From a virus (lineage: Duplodnaviria > Caudoviricetes), in the IMG/VR virus record IMGVR_UViG_3300044956_001053, positions 1 through 32,615 of that record: DNA of 32,615 nt; one strand, given 5' to 3'. Shown here piece by piece: positions 16,502 to 25,998 of the stretch. How positions within the stretch are numbered: the stretch's first letter is position 1; every line of letters begins with the position of its first letter. The translations under genes and the position numbers were made by a program. The notes beneath the pieces were generated by a model. The model was not told the origin of the DNA, made no database searches, and saw nothing but the letters and a program-made list of their open reading frames with translations.

Positions 16502-17428
16502 TTACGTCAGCGACTTCACGAGTAGGCGTGCAATCGAGAGGTTCGCTGCCCCTGCGCTTCCAGAGTCGTTCCACATGCCCAGTGCGATGGTGGACAGTGG
16601 GCGTCCGTTGAGTGCCGCTTGCGGGTGTGAGACGCCGGACACGGCCACTCGCCTCACCTGGCTGTCGGTTGGGTAGCAAGTTGCCGCAACGCTCCACTGG
16701 GCAGGCGTCTGCGACGCCTGCCGGCGGAACTCGACCACCAGGCGCACGGTGGCCTTGTTGAGTTCTGTGGGAGTCGGCGACGTTGCCCAGGGACTCAGCG
16801 TCACGAACGGAGAAGAGGGATTGCTGAATCCTGCGCCGAGAGGAATGACGCTCGGCTGGATGAAGCCAATCGCTCCAGTCATCAGTTGCAGTCCTGCGAC
16901 AGTGTCGCTGCCGCCAGGGCTGACAAGGTCGACGAACCCTATCGACGGCACCGGAATGCCTCCACCCGAGTTTCCAGCCTCATCGATCTCGACATCGAGG
17001 ATGTACCCCTCAGCGGGCAAGGCAGGCAGGCCCTGGAGTGGCCACATCCAACCGCCCTGGACGGTCGCGGCGAGGCGCAGGACGTTGCGTCCCGGCATCG
17101 ACCGAGAAGCGACCACCGACGCGCTCTTCGATGTGTCCGTGAAGGCTCCTCCAGCCGTGTTCAACCGCCGCGGCGTGCCCACGCTCGCGGTGGAGATGGG
17201 CATGTCGTAGAGGACCGCTCCTGAGACCGAGCCGAGACTCGCCTCGAGATCGGTGATTGCGATCGCCTGCTCGTTGAGCGCATTGGCGTGCTCAATGAGC
17301 GCGTCCTTCTGTCGCTCGTGCTCGGCCGCGGTCTCGTAGTAGTCGAGGTCGGGAGAGGGGTTTGAGTCTGGCAGGGTGTTCTTCACCCTGCCCAGAGATC
17401 CGTCGGTCTTCGAAAGTGCGGTCACCAT
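16502..17428 (-). CDS. Putative fibre / receptor-binding protein (lower GC)
   Basis: Short coiled coil followed by a beta-rich domain; sits between the J-like and I-like genes. Confidence 0.55.
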   Translation of the reverse strand: MVTALSKTDGSLGRVKNTLPDSNPSPDLDYYETAAEHERQKDALIEHANALNEQAIAITDLEASLGSVSGAVLYDMPISTASVGTPRRLNTAGGAFTDTSKSASVVASRSMPGRNVLRLAATVQGGWMWPLQGLPALPAEGYILDVEIDEAGNSGGGIPVPSIGFVDLVSPGGSDTVAGLQLMTGAIGFIQPSVIPLGAGFSNPSSPFVTLSPWATSPTPTELNKATVRLVVEFRRQASQTPAQWSVAATCYPTDSQVRRVAVSGVSHPQAALNGRPLSTIALGMWNDSGSAGAANLSIARLLVKSLT

Positions 17429-17431
17429 GGC

Positions 17432-18577
17432 TCAGCTCCCCACGTGGATGGCAGTCGCGGTCACGGTGTCGCTCACCGGTGCTTGGGCCGTCGTGACGAC
17501 GACGTCGGCCGCAGGGACCGTCACGACGACTCGGGTCGTGTCGCTCCGCACCGAGCCGATCACTGCCTCGAGCGCGCTCTTGCGGACGTAGCCCCCGTCA
17601 CCGCCAATCGGCACCTGGGAAAGGTACGTCGCGAGCGCGGTCTGCACGAGCGGCTCGATGTCCGAAGAGCGCACACCATCGAGGCCGCGCACCCAGAGCT
17701 CGTACGTGACCGCGATGGTCGCTGCCGTCGCGCTCTGCACGGTGGCCTCGATGCAGAGGGGCTCGCACTGCGTCCAGATGGCGTCGGCCACGGCGCCGAG
17801 GTCGGTGAGCGGGTCGGTGTCGGTGCCGGTGACACCGCCCGTAGCCGTCGCCACGTACACGTCGACGCCGCCGACTCCGTCGGGGATGGTGCGCACGCGC
17901 GTGACGCCGATGGGGTGACCGTCCGACGCGACGGCCGACCGCGCGATGTACTCGTAGGCGGCGCGCGCGCCGTTGGGCGAGAGCGTGCCGAGCTTGGCGC
18001 GGCATCGGACCTTGAGGTCCGGGTCGGTCTCTTCGTCAGTGCCGACGAGCGCGATCGCGTTGGTGACGGTCACGCCCGACATCGTCGTGACGAGCGTGTC
18101 GATGGTGCCCGCGGGTGCCGTCGAGTCGGCACCGAGCTCGGTGGCTGCGAACGGGATCTCGACCCCCGTCGCGAGCGCCCCGATCGTGAACGCCGCCGTG
18201 TTCCGGTACGTCTTGTTCGTCGCGCTCGAGCGGACGGTGAGGTCGCCGATGCCGCCCGAGTAGACGCCGCCACCCGCGTTGTCGAAGGTGAGCGTCCCGG
18301 ATGCGAAGGAGCCCGGCGAGCGCGTCACGCCGTAGACGTAGAGCGCGACCTGATCGAGCCACACGTCCTCGGCGGTTTCGAGGAAGCCGCCCTTCGCGAT
18401 GAGCGCCTGAAGGCGCGAGAAGGCCGCGAGCACGATCGCGACGCACGCGATGATGGTGCGCACGACTGCTCCGGGCTTCCACGTCGTCGTCGTCACGCCC
18501 TTGGCGGCGAGCGCGTCGTAGATGGCCGTCTTGGCCTCCTCGACGGTCATGGGAGTGGTGAGCTCGTCGAGCGTCAT
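17432..18577 (-). CDS. Baseplate J-like protein (Mu gp47)
   Basis: WLDQVA..VYGVTR...ASGTLTF; GTDEETDPDLKVR; GGVDVYV. Confidence 0.9.
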   Translation of the reverse strand: MTLDELTTPMTVEEAKTAIYDALAAKGVTTTTWKPGAVVRTIIACVAIVLAAFSRLQALIAKGGFLETAEDVWLDQVALYVYGVTRSPGSFASGTLTFDNAGGGVYSGGIGDLTVRSSATNKTYRNTAAFTIGALATGVEIPFAATELGADSTAPAGTIDTLVTTMSGVTVTNAIALVGTDEETDPDLKVRCRAKLGTLSPNGARAAYEYIARSAVASDGHPIGVTRVRTIPDGVGGVDVYVATATGGVTGTDTDPLTDLGAVADAIWTQCEPLCIEATVQSATAATIAVTYELWVRGLDGVRSSDIEPLVQTALATYLSQVPIGGDGGYVRKSALEAVIGSVRSDTTRVVVTVPAADVVVTTAQAPVSDTVTATAIHVGS

Positions 18578-19050
18578 CGGGTCATCTCCTCGACGAGCGC
18601 CCCGCCGTCGGTGAGCGCGAGGGTCAGAGTGAATGGTCCGCCGAGCGTCGGGTCGCGTGGCACGACCTGGATCGAGACGCGGATCGACTCGCCCGTCGGC
18701 GTCGGCGTGACGGTCACGCGTAGCGTGTCGACGCGGTCGTCCTTGGTGAGCTCGCTGCGGATCGCCCCCGCGAGCCCGCGGACCTCGTCGGTCGTGAGCC
18801 CACGATTGAGATAGCCGCGGAGGTCGATGCCGTAGTCGCCGTCATCGGGCACGCCTCCACGCGGGCAGTCGAGCCGGCGCGCGAGGGCCTGCGCGAGTGC
18901 GGTCTGACCAGACACCTCGGGCATGGACTCGTCGAGGTCGCGCGTGCACGAGATGTCGGCGCCGTAGCCGAACGGGGCCGAGGGCGTCGCCGTCGTGCGC
19001 GTGAGCGCGGCTGTCTCAGTCGCGATCGCGTCTGCGACGACGGCGTTCAC
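18574..19050 (-). CDS. Baseplate wedge protein (gp25/gpW, Mu gp46-like)
   Basis: LAQALARRL.CPRG...DYGIDL...ELTKDDRV; immediately upstream of J. Confidence 0.78.
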   Translation of the reverse strand: MNAVVADAIATETAALTRTTATPSAPFGYGADISCTRDLDESMPEVSGQTALAQALARRLDCPRGGVPDDGDYGIDLRGYLNRGLTTDEVRGLAGAIRSELTKDDRVDTLRVTVTPTPTGESIRVSIQVVPRDPTLGGPFTLTLALTDGGALVEEMTR

Positions 19051-20285
19051 TGCGCCACCACCTTCGACGCGGCGACGTCGACGCTCGTCTTCGGCGTGCC
19101 CCATCCGCCCAGGGTCTTCACTGCCGTCTGCAAGGCTGCGCCGCCGTCGTTCGGCACCGGCGTCGCGCCGATGTAGGCGTTGATCGCGGTCGTGAGGTCG
19201 TTGAGCCTGCTGTTCACGTCGGGCGCGAGTGCGACCGCGTCGGAGGCTGCGGAGCCCCCGAGTCGCAGTACCGTGCCCACCGAGAGCGTGAGCTCGTCGG
19301 GCGCGTGCCCAATGCCGTCCTTGCCCGCGAAGCCCGTGACGATGGGCTGGGTCCTGTCGCCCTCGATGAACTCGACGAGGACCTCGGCACCGAGCTGCGG
19401 CTTCGCGTGCGCCCCAGCCACGCCGGGCCACATCGAGATCGGAAGCATCTCCGGCAATCCCGCGTCGCGCCGCACAGGCTGAAGCTCGAGGCGGTCGACC
19501 GAGATGCGCACGACGCGGTACCGCCATCGGCCGAAGAGGCGCTCGCTGGCGACCTGACGCATGAGGCCGGAGATGGCCCGCGTCAGCTGGCTCTGCGCAG
19601 CCTGTTCCCCGCAGCGAGCCACGAGACGCACGCCGCCCTCGGCGACGTGGACCGTCAGCTCACGCACGGTCTGCGCCTCGTCGAGTCGGTCGACGAGCCG
19701 CGACCCGATGCCGATGGCTGAGAGGTCGTCTGCAGCGAGCGTGACCATCCGCTTGCGCGGGTCGTGGGCGAGCACCTCGTACGAGCCCGTGCGAGCGTCC
19801 GACTCCGCGCGAGCGGTGGCGACGCGCGTTGTGCCATCGAGCTCGACCCACCAGAGCGCCGAGCCCATCGCGGCACGCAGTGCGCGCGAGGCCGGGCCTG
19901 CCTCGCGGACGAAGTCGACGCCCAGGCTGCGCGTGCCGACGTCCGCGTCGACGACGATGCTCTCGCCGACCTCTCGTGCCGCGTCCTCGAGTACGAGGCT
20001 CGCGCGCACGCCGAGGTCGTTGTGGTAGTGGCGCGCGGCGAGCATTGACGCCCACGCGCCCGCGCCCGCCACGATCCGAACCGTGCGCCGCTGGCCGTAC
20101 GTGCCCGCACGCGTCGGGTCGACGGTGCCGCTGAGGGTGATGCCGCCGACCTCGAGGCTCACGCGCCCGGACACGTCGGGCGCGAGCTCGAAGTCGACGT
20201 CGGCCCACCACGCGCCGGACGCGGGCACGACGATCGTGGCGCGTGTGACAGGCTGGCCCGCGAGCGTGGCGTACGACGACGTCAC
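19047..20285 (-). CDS. Fused baseplate hub and spike (VgrG-like architecture)
   Basis: Hub-like N-terminus (WWVELDGTTRV) and C-terminal OB-fold motif PQLGAEVLVEFIEGDRTQPIV. Confidence 0.7.
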   Translation of the reverse strand: MTSSYATLAGQPVTRATIVVPASGAWWADVDFELAPDVSGRVSLEVGGITLSGTVDPTRAGTYGQRRTVRIVAGAGAWASMLAARHYHNDLGVRASLVLEDAAREVGESIVVDADVGTRSLGVDFVREAGPASRALRAAMGSALWWVELDGTTRVATARAESDARTGSYEVLAHDPRKRMVTLAADDLSAIGIGSRLVDRLDEAQTVRELTVHVAEGGVRLVARCGEQAAQSQLTRAISGLMRQVASERLFGRWRYRVVRISVDRLELQPVRRDAGLPEMLPISMWPGVAGAHAKPQLGAEVLVEFIEGDRTQPIVTGFAGKDGIGHAPDELTLSVGTVLRLGGSAASDAVALAPDVNSRLNDLTTAINAYIGATPVPNDGGAALQTAVKTLGGWGTPKTSVDVAASKVVAQ

Positions 20286-20821
20286 AGCGCCCCCTCTGCG
20301 GCGAGTGCGTTCATCGTGGCGATGCGCTGGTCGATCGCGTGCTCGCGCGCGAGCGCCGCGTTGCCCTCGACGACGGTCGACGTCGAGGACGACTGCACGG
20401 GCGTCGTCGTCACGACGGGCGCGCGGAACTCTCTCCAGTGGATCTCAACCGTCCACTCGCCGTCGCCCGTCTGCTGCGGCGCGAGCACGTCCTCGACCAC
20501 TGCGGAACGGATGCCAGCGTCCTCGAGGAGCGGGTGCACGATGTCAAGCGCCTGCGCGCGCTCGCCCGTGGGTGGGCGGGCGACGGTCGGGCGGAACTCC
20601 TCCCACGCCGTCCAGTCGGACTCCTCGTAGAGGCGCAGGAGCATGGTGAAGGTGGCCAACCGCAGGCCGCGGTAGACCAGCGTCGCGCCGCTCACGCCGT
20701 AGCCGCGGCGCTCGTCCCATTGCCGCGGCGAGCCCGCGCGCTGGATCTCGCAGAGACCCGGCGTGCGTCGGCCCGCGACGATCGCGTAGTCGATGGGCTG
20801 GTCGAGGGGCGTCCAGGTCAC
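20282..20821 (-). CDS. Tail tube initiator / baseplate-associated protein
   Basis: Follows the tape measure gene; WDERRGYGVSGATLVYRG. Confidence 0.6.
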   Translation of the reverse strand: MTWTPLDQPIDYAIVAGRRTPGLCEIQRAGSPRQWDERRGYGVSGATLVYRGLRLATFTMLLRLYEESDWTAWEEFRPTVARPPTGERAQALDIVHPLLEDAGIRSAVVEDVLAPQQTGDGEWTVEIHWREFRAPVVTTTPVQSSSTSTVVEGNAALAREHAIDQRIATMNALAAEGAL

Positions 20822-22620
20822 GCGCCCACCTCCGCGCCCGCGCCCGCGAGTAGGCGCACGAGCTCGTCGTGGATGCCCTCCGCGGCCTCGCGCGCGCCCT
20901 CGAAGGCTCCGTCGATGTGGATGTGCAGGGCGCCGATCACCGGCCCGCGCGAGGCTGCCTGCGAGCGCGATGGCAGAGTCGCGACGCCGTTGACGGCGGC
21001 GCGCGCCTCGGGCGTGCCCTGCTCGACGCCGACGGCGAGGCCTGCGGGGATCTCCGCGCCGAGCGCCGCGAAGACACGTGACGGGCTGTGGATGGCCAGT
21101 GCGGAACGCAGCGCGTCGGTCGCCTGCGTGGCGAGCGTGGTCACGGCGGTGCGCGCGGCCTCGATGCGGCTCGTGATGCCGTTCGTGAAGCCGTCGACGA
21201 GAAGCCGGCCCGCGTCAGTCCACGTCAGGCCCGCGGCGCGCAGCGTCTCGTCGGCCTGCATGATGCCGCGGATCGCGATCGCGAGCGGCGCTGCGAGGAG
21301 GGCGAGCGCGGCAACGAGCGCGATCACGCCGATCGCCACCGGCACCAACGCGATGCCCAGGGCCACCGCGGTCACGGTCGCGGCCAGCATTGCGGCGCGC
21401 ACGGCCTCGACCTGCGTGACGGTCGGACGGCCGAACGTGCGCAAGATGCCGTTGCGGACTCGCAGAACGACGATCGCGAAGTCGAGCGCGTGGATGGTGA
21501 GCTGCTCGAAGAACGCGCGAAGCGCCGGTCCCGCGTCGCCGGCACCGTCCAGCATCGGCTGGAACACGACACGAGCGATGGCCGCGAGCGCGCGACCGAC
21601 GGCGTGCTGCTGGTCGAAGATCTGGAGCACCTCGCGCATGCCGCGGAGGAACCTGTCGAGCCCAAGCCCGTCGAAGATGTGCGCGACGTTCTCGCGCAGG
21701 TGCCTCATCTGCACATCGAGCCCGAGAGCCTGTCGCCGTGCGACGCCGCCGAGCCGCGAGCGCACATCCTCCGCGAGGCCACGCACCGAGCGCCCAGCAG
21801 CGTGCGCTGCGCGCATTGTGCCGAGCAGGCGACGTGCCGACTCTTCGCCCTGGACGCTCGATGCGTCCGTGACCGCCTCGAGCGCCTCGGTGAGCTCGGC
21901 CCCGCGCAGTCCGGCGCGGTAGAGCTGCTCGCCGTAGCGCGTGACGTCGTCGCGACCCGCCGCGCTCGAGGCAGCGACGCGATCGATCGCTCCGATGAGC
22001 TCCACCGCGCTCCCCGCGGCACCGCGTTGGTACTCGCGGAGGGTCATGAGCCCCTCGATGCGCAACATCTCCGTGCGGCGAGCGTCCGCGGACGTGATCG
22101 CGTACTGCGCGAGCTGCACCGCGGCCCTCGCGGCCGCGATTCCGACCGCGATCGCCGCCGCGGCGACTGCCGCGAGCACCACGGCGAGCGCGACGCCTCC
22201 CACGAGCAGCGGCGCGGCAGAGATTCCGCGCCCGAGACGCTCGAAGCTCTCGCCGAGGGCGCCGGTCGGGCCGCCCATGGCCTTCATCGAGAGGATGAGG
22301 CGCTCGAAACCGCTCTTCGCGCGTACAGAGCCGCCGGCGGCACCCTCGAAGGAGCCTCCGAGGGCCAGGATGCCCTGCTGGAGGGCCGCGTTCGCGCCCT
22401 TCTGGGCCTCGATCTCGCTCCGCAGGCGCTGAAACGACTCGTTCGCGGGGCTCACGCCGCCCGCCCTAAGGCGCTGCATCGCCGCCTGCATCTCGCGCAG
22501 GCGCGCGACGCCCGCTCCCATGGCCTCCTTAAGGCGCGCGAGCTCGGCGACGGCATCCTGCGCGGGGGCGGAGATGCCGTCGCGGAGCTCGAGCGTGAAG
22601 GTGGCGCGTTCGGTGCTCAC
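20818..22620 (-). CDS. Tape measure protein
   Basis: Ala/Gly-rich helical protein with hydrophobic stretches; LAIHSPSRVF motif; follows the chaperone genes. Confidence 0.85.
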   Translation of the reverse strand: MSTERATFTLELRDGISAPAQDAVAELARLKEAMGAGVARLREMQAAMQRLRAGGVSPANESFQRLRSEIEAQKGANAALQQGILALGGSFEGAAGGSVRAKSGFERLILSMKAMGGPTGALGESFERLGRGISAAPLLVGGVALAVVLAAVAAAAIAVGIAAARAAVQLAQYAITSADARRTEMLRIEGLMTLREYQRGAAGSAVELIGAIDRVAASSAAGRDDVTRYGEQLYRAGLRGAELTEALEAVTDASSVQGEESARRLLGTMRAAHAAGRSVRGLAEDVRSRLGGVARRQALGLDVQMRHLRENVAHIFDGLGLDRFLRGMREVLQIFDQQHAVGRALAAIARVVFQPMLDGAGDAGPALRAFFEQLTIHALDFAIVVLRVRNGILRTFGRPTVTQVEAVRAAMLAATVTAVALGIALVPVAIGVIALVAALALLAAPLAIAIRGIMQADETLRAAGLTWTDAGRLLVDGFTNGITSRIEAARTAVTTLATQATDALRSALAIHSPSRVFAALGAEIPAGLAVGVEQGTPEARAAVNGVATLPSRSQAASRGPVIGALHIHIDGAFEGAREAAEGIHDELVRLLAGAGAEVGA

Positions 22621-22814
22621 TTCGATGCCGTGGTGAGGGCTTGGCGGATGAGTCGGATGTCGTGGATCGCCTCGGCGAGCACCATCGCGCCCGCGAACGC
22701 GCGCGCGTACTCGTCGTCATCGTCGAACTGGGTGCGTCCGAGCGCTGCGAGGAGGAGCTCAGCGCCGCGCCCGTGGTCGGCGCGAGCTCCGGCGCGCAGC
22801 GCGGCTATTTTCCC
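22617..22814 (-). CDS. Tail assembly chaperone frameshift extension (gpT-like part of G-T)
   Basis: The -1 frame is open from the slippery GGGAAAA (22814-22808) to TGA 22619-22617, which overlaps the TMP start: IAALRAGARADHG...LTTASK. Confidence 0.75.
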   Translation of the reverse strand, partial: GKIAALRAGARADHGRGAELLLAALGRTQFDDDDEYARAFAGAMVLAEAIHDIRLIRQALTTASK

Positions 22815-23140
22815 GCGAGGGCCTTCGCCCCTGAGCCCGCGAGCCCGAGGGCCACGTTCGTGATCGGTGCGAGCGCGGCGGGCTGCTCGTCGAGGAGGCG
22901 TTCGAAGCCGTCCTTGTCCGGGTAGACCACGCAGCTCTTCACGAGCGCCATCATCGCGGCGCTCGTGATCTTCTCCGCGTCCATGAACTTCTGGACGTTC
23001 AGTCGGTGCGGCCGGCGCACGATGACCGCACCCTCGTCGGTCATGACGAGCGCCACGCGCCGCTCGCCGTGCTCCTTCTCGGCTGCCTCGAGGGCGACGC
23101 GCGCGGTCACGTCGAGGTTCTCTCGGTCGATGCTCGACAT
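22805..23140 (-). CDS. Tail assembly chaperone (gpG-like)
   Basis: Between tube and TMP; ends GCG GGA AAA TAG. Confidence 0.8.
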   Translation of the reverse strand: MSSIDRENLDVTARVALEAAEKEHGERRVALVMTDEGAVIVRRPHRLNVQKFMDAEKITSAAMMALVKSCVVYPDKDGFERLLDEQPAALAPITNVALGLAGSGAKALAGK

Positions 23141-23613
23141 CACGCCGCCGTCCCGTCGTAGAGGGTCTTGCCGTTCCAGTTGATGCGCATGCAGTCGAGC
23201 TCGATGTCGACGGTGAGCGGGTCGGGCCCCTCTTCGTTCGACACCGTGTTTCCGGACCACACGCACGCCTCGAGCGTGTCGGTGACCGGCGTCTCGCCCT
23301 CGTCGACGTACTGCACGACGACCTCGAAGGAGACGTTGCCGAAGCTCTTTCCGTCCGTGGCCTTGCTCGCGAGGAAGTCGCGGAAGGCCTCGGCCGAGTC
23401 GCGGTGCGCGGTGATCGTCACCGGATCGACCTCGTACTTGCCGCGCGAGCGCCCGCGCGGAGCCTGGTGCCGGCCCATGCCGTAGCCCTTGGTGCGCGGG
23501 CGCTTGTCGGCGTAGGCGATCTTCGAGAAGCCCGTGAACTCCTCGCCGCCGCACTTCACGCGGATCGATCCCCACGAGAAGAGGTTGCCGTTGACGTTGA
23601 CCTGGTCGCTCAT
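23140..23613 (-). CDS. Tail tube protein
   Basis: 157 aa following the sheath; NGNLFSW...YGMG...RGRSRGKYE. Confidence 0.8.
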   Translation of the reverse strand: MSDQVNVNGNLFSWGSIRVKCGGEEFTGFSKIAYADKRPRTKGYGMGRHQAPRGRSRGKYEVDPVTITAHRDSAEAFRDFLASKATDGKSFGNVSFEVVVQYVDEGETPVTDTLEACVWSGNTVSNEEGPDPLTVDIELDCMRINWNGKTLYDGTAA

Positions 23614-23624
23614 GGTTCAGCCCT

Positions 23625-25076
23625 TCACGCCGAGACGGTGGTGAGCGCGGGGTTCGAGAAGCCGATCTCGGTGACGAGCTCCTCCGCGTACGCGAGCGGG
23701 ACGATGCGGGCCTGGCCGTTGAGCCGCCGCGTCGAGAGCAGGTTGTCCGTGCGCGAGAGCACGTAGGAGACCGCGCTCGCCTTCGGCACGCCGAGGAGGG
23801 CGGACTCGAGGATGCGGCGCGCGCCCGTCTCGATCTCGAGCGCCTCGCTTTCGAGGATGAAGCCGGTCTTCGGATCGATGCGGATCGGCTTGTTCAGCCG
23901 GGTCTGCAGGTAAGGCTTGAGCGTCTCGCACGCGAGGTTCATCACGCGCCGGTGCGTGAGCAGCCGGAAGTCCGAGCCGGTCGCCGCGAACGTGCGCGGG
24001 ATGTTCACGTAGGTTCCCTCGATGCCCTCCCACGTGCGCAGCACGTAGAAGCGCGAATCGTCGAGGCCCGGGTTGATCGACTCGTCGTGCTCGTCGGCGT
24101 TGCCGTTCGCGGTCTTGATGCTCACGGCGGTGAGCGGACCGAGGTTCACGTCGGCCGTGTTGATGTGCTCCTCGACGTTCGCCTCGAGCGAGGCCGCGAT
24201 GAAGCTCACCGGGCGCTTGTACTTGCGCCCGCTGACCGCGCTCGTGTGCTTCACAGCGCCTGCGCAGAGCGCGCCCGTCTTGCTCGCCTTGCTCGCGAAG
24301 ATCGCGTCGAGCGCCGTCTTGTAGGCGCTCTCGGTCTCGGCGATGTTCGGCACGCGAGCGTTGCCCACCCACGCGCGGTACTTGCCGAGCGCGCGCATCG
24401 CAGTGATCGCCGTGTCGATCGCGTCGAAGAGCGTGGCATCGACAGGGAAGGCGCAGAGCACGATGCCCCAGCTGCCAATCCAGTTCTGGAGCGCCGTGAG
24501 CGCCGTGGTCACCTCGGAGCCATTCGGTGCCGCAGCGACCGTGCGGAACGAGTAGACGTCGCCCGCGACGAAGGTGCCCGCGGCGAGCGCGAGGATCACG
24601 CCGCCCGCTCCCGATGGCGTGATCGAGATGTCGACGCCGAGCGCCGTGACGGGGCCGTAGGTGCGTCCGCCATCGAGCGAGACCTGGTAGGTCACGCCAG
24701 GAGTGCCGCGCGTGCCGCCGGTGACGATCTTGACCGAGACCTCGTAGTCGTCGTTCGCGAGGTTCGCGCTCGAGACGGTGCCGACGCTCGTGCCGGTGCC
24801 CACGAAGGTCACCGCGCTCGCGGTGGCGGCTGTCGTGGCCCCCGTCTTCACGACCACGACGGGCCGACCCGTCACGCGGATGTGATGAGCCGCGGCCTCC
24901 ACCATCGGGCCCGCGCCGAACGCGGCGACGAGGTCGGTGATGCGCGCGTAGGTCGCGGGCGCGTTGGTGGTGCCGGTGGACGAGACGCCGACGACCGCGA
25001 GGAGCTTGCCCGAGCTCGGGGGCAGGACTCCGAGCGATCCATCGAGCTCGGTGAGGGTGACGGCAGGCTGGCTCAT
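23625..25076 (-). CDS. Tail sheath protein (DUF2586-like)
   Basis: PAVTLTELDGSLG N-terminus; LRTWEG..GTYV...GSDF..L..RRVMN; size and synteny. Confidence 0.85.
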   Translation of the reverse strand: MSQPAVTLTELDGSLGVLPPSSGKLLAVVGVSSTGTTNAPATYARITDLVAAFGAGPMVEAAAHHIRVTGRPVVVVKTGATTAATASAVTFVGTGTSVGTVSSANLANDDYEVSVKIVTGGTRGTPGVTYQVSLDGGRTYGPVTALGVDISITPSGAGGVILALAAGTFVAGDVYSFRTVAAAPNGSEVTTALTALQNWIGSWGIVLCAFPVDATLFDAIDTAITAMRALGKYRAWVGNARVPNIAETESAYKTALDAIFASKASKTGALCAGAVKHTSAVSGRKYKRPVSFIAASLEANVEEHINTADVNLGPLTAVSIKTANGNADEHDESINPGLDDSRFYVLRTWEGIEGTYVNIPRTFAATGSDFRLLTHRRVMNLACETLKPYLQTRLNKPIRIDPKTGFILESEALEIETGARRILESALLGVPKASAVSYVLSRTDNLLSTRRLNGQARIVPLAYAEELVTEIGFSNPALTTVSA

Positions 25077-25621
25077 GGCTCCTCGGTGGTGTCGACGGTG
25101 TCGGGGTCAGTGCCCGCGTCGGTGCTCGACGCGGTAGTGGTGGATGCGGCGGTGAGGGTCGTGTCGGCCGTGTCCGGCACCATCGCCTCGACGCTCAACA
25201 CGACGCGGATCGCCGCTCCAGCGCGGCGCAGGTTCTTGTCGTTCACCCACCGCATGTCGGTGATGGCGACCGTGCCGTGCGCCTCGAGGTAGACGGCGCG
25301 AAGCCACGCATCGAGCAGCTCGCGAACTGCCTGGTACTGCGCGCGCTCGTCCTCTGCGGCGGCCTCGTCGAAGGCCTCGACGTAGACCGTGCAGAGCTCG
25401 AAGAGCGTCCAGAGGGGCCGTGCGGGGAGGCGGCCGGGCTTCTTGGGCGCGCCGATCTCGCCGACGTCGTCGTCGTCGCCCGGCACCCACACGATGCGGC
25501 GTCCCGCGAGGCGTTTGGCCGGCTCGCGCCAGCCGAACGGCTGCTCGCCGGTGTAGCCGGCAGCCTCCATGCGGGACACGACGCCGTCGTAGAGCGACGT
25601 CAGCGCGAGGACGTAGCTCAT
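25073..25621 (-). CDS. Tail terminator / completion protein
   Basis: Coupled ORF immediately upstream of the sheath. Confidence 0.6.
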   Translation of the reverse strand: MSYVLALTSLYDGVVSRMEAAGYTGEQPFGWREPAKRLAGRRIVWVPGDDDDVGEIGAPKKPGRLPARPLWTLFELCTVYVEAFDEAAAEDERAQYQAVRELLDAWLRAVYLEAHGTVAITDMRWVNDKNLRRAGAAIRVVLSVEAMVPDTADTTLTAASTTTASSTDAGTDPDTVDTTEEP

Positions 25622-25998
25622 GCGCCCTCCATCGTGCGGCGCCACTCGTCGACGACGACGTCGCCGACTGAGGCGGGAGTGCGCGTGGGGAGGATCTGCC
25701 GGCGCACGCCACCGCGTGCGCGACCGTCGTTGTGGAGCGCCTCGGGGCCGTCGAGGGAGATGCTCACGCGCGACCCGTCGACGCTCACCTGCGCCTTCGA
25801 TGCAGCGCGCTCGAGGACGCGCCCCCCGGTCTTCGAGGGTGTCCACGGCGAGCCGCCGGGAGAGCGCTGGCCTGCGACCGCGGCGTTCACCTCGCTGCGC
25901 AGCACCTCGCCAACGCGCGGGGCGACGCGCTCGGCCATGCCGGAGAGCAGGTCGACGCGACGGATCATGCCGTCGAGCTGACGCATCCCGTCAGCCAT
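25618..25998 (-). CDS. Virion morphogenesis / neck protein (Mu gpG, P2 gpS-like)
   Basis: QRSPGGSPWTP...HNDG...RRQILP. Confidence 0.7.
   Translation of the reverse strand: MADGMRQLDGMIRRVDLLSGMAERVAPRVGEVLRSEVNAAVAGQRSPGGSPWTPSKTGGRVLERAASKAQVSVDGSRVSISLDGPEALHNDGRARGGVRRQILPTRTPASVGDVVVDEWRRTMEGA

Noticed and set aside
10466-17428. Diversity-generating retroelement or invertible tail-fibre cassette
   Set aside because: No reverse transcriptase or invertase, and no TR/VR pair or inverted crossover sites noticed by eye
17432-25076. Tailocin, eCIS or T6SS locus
   Set aside because: Contiguous with terminase, portal, protease and capsid genes, so it is a complete phage morphogenesis operon
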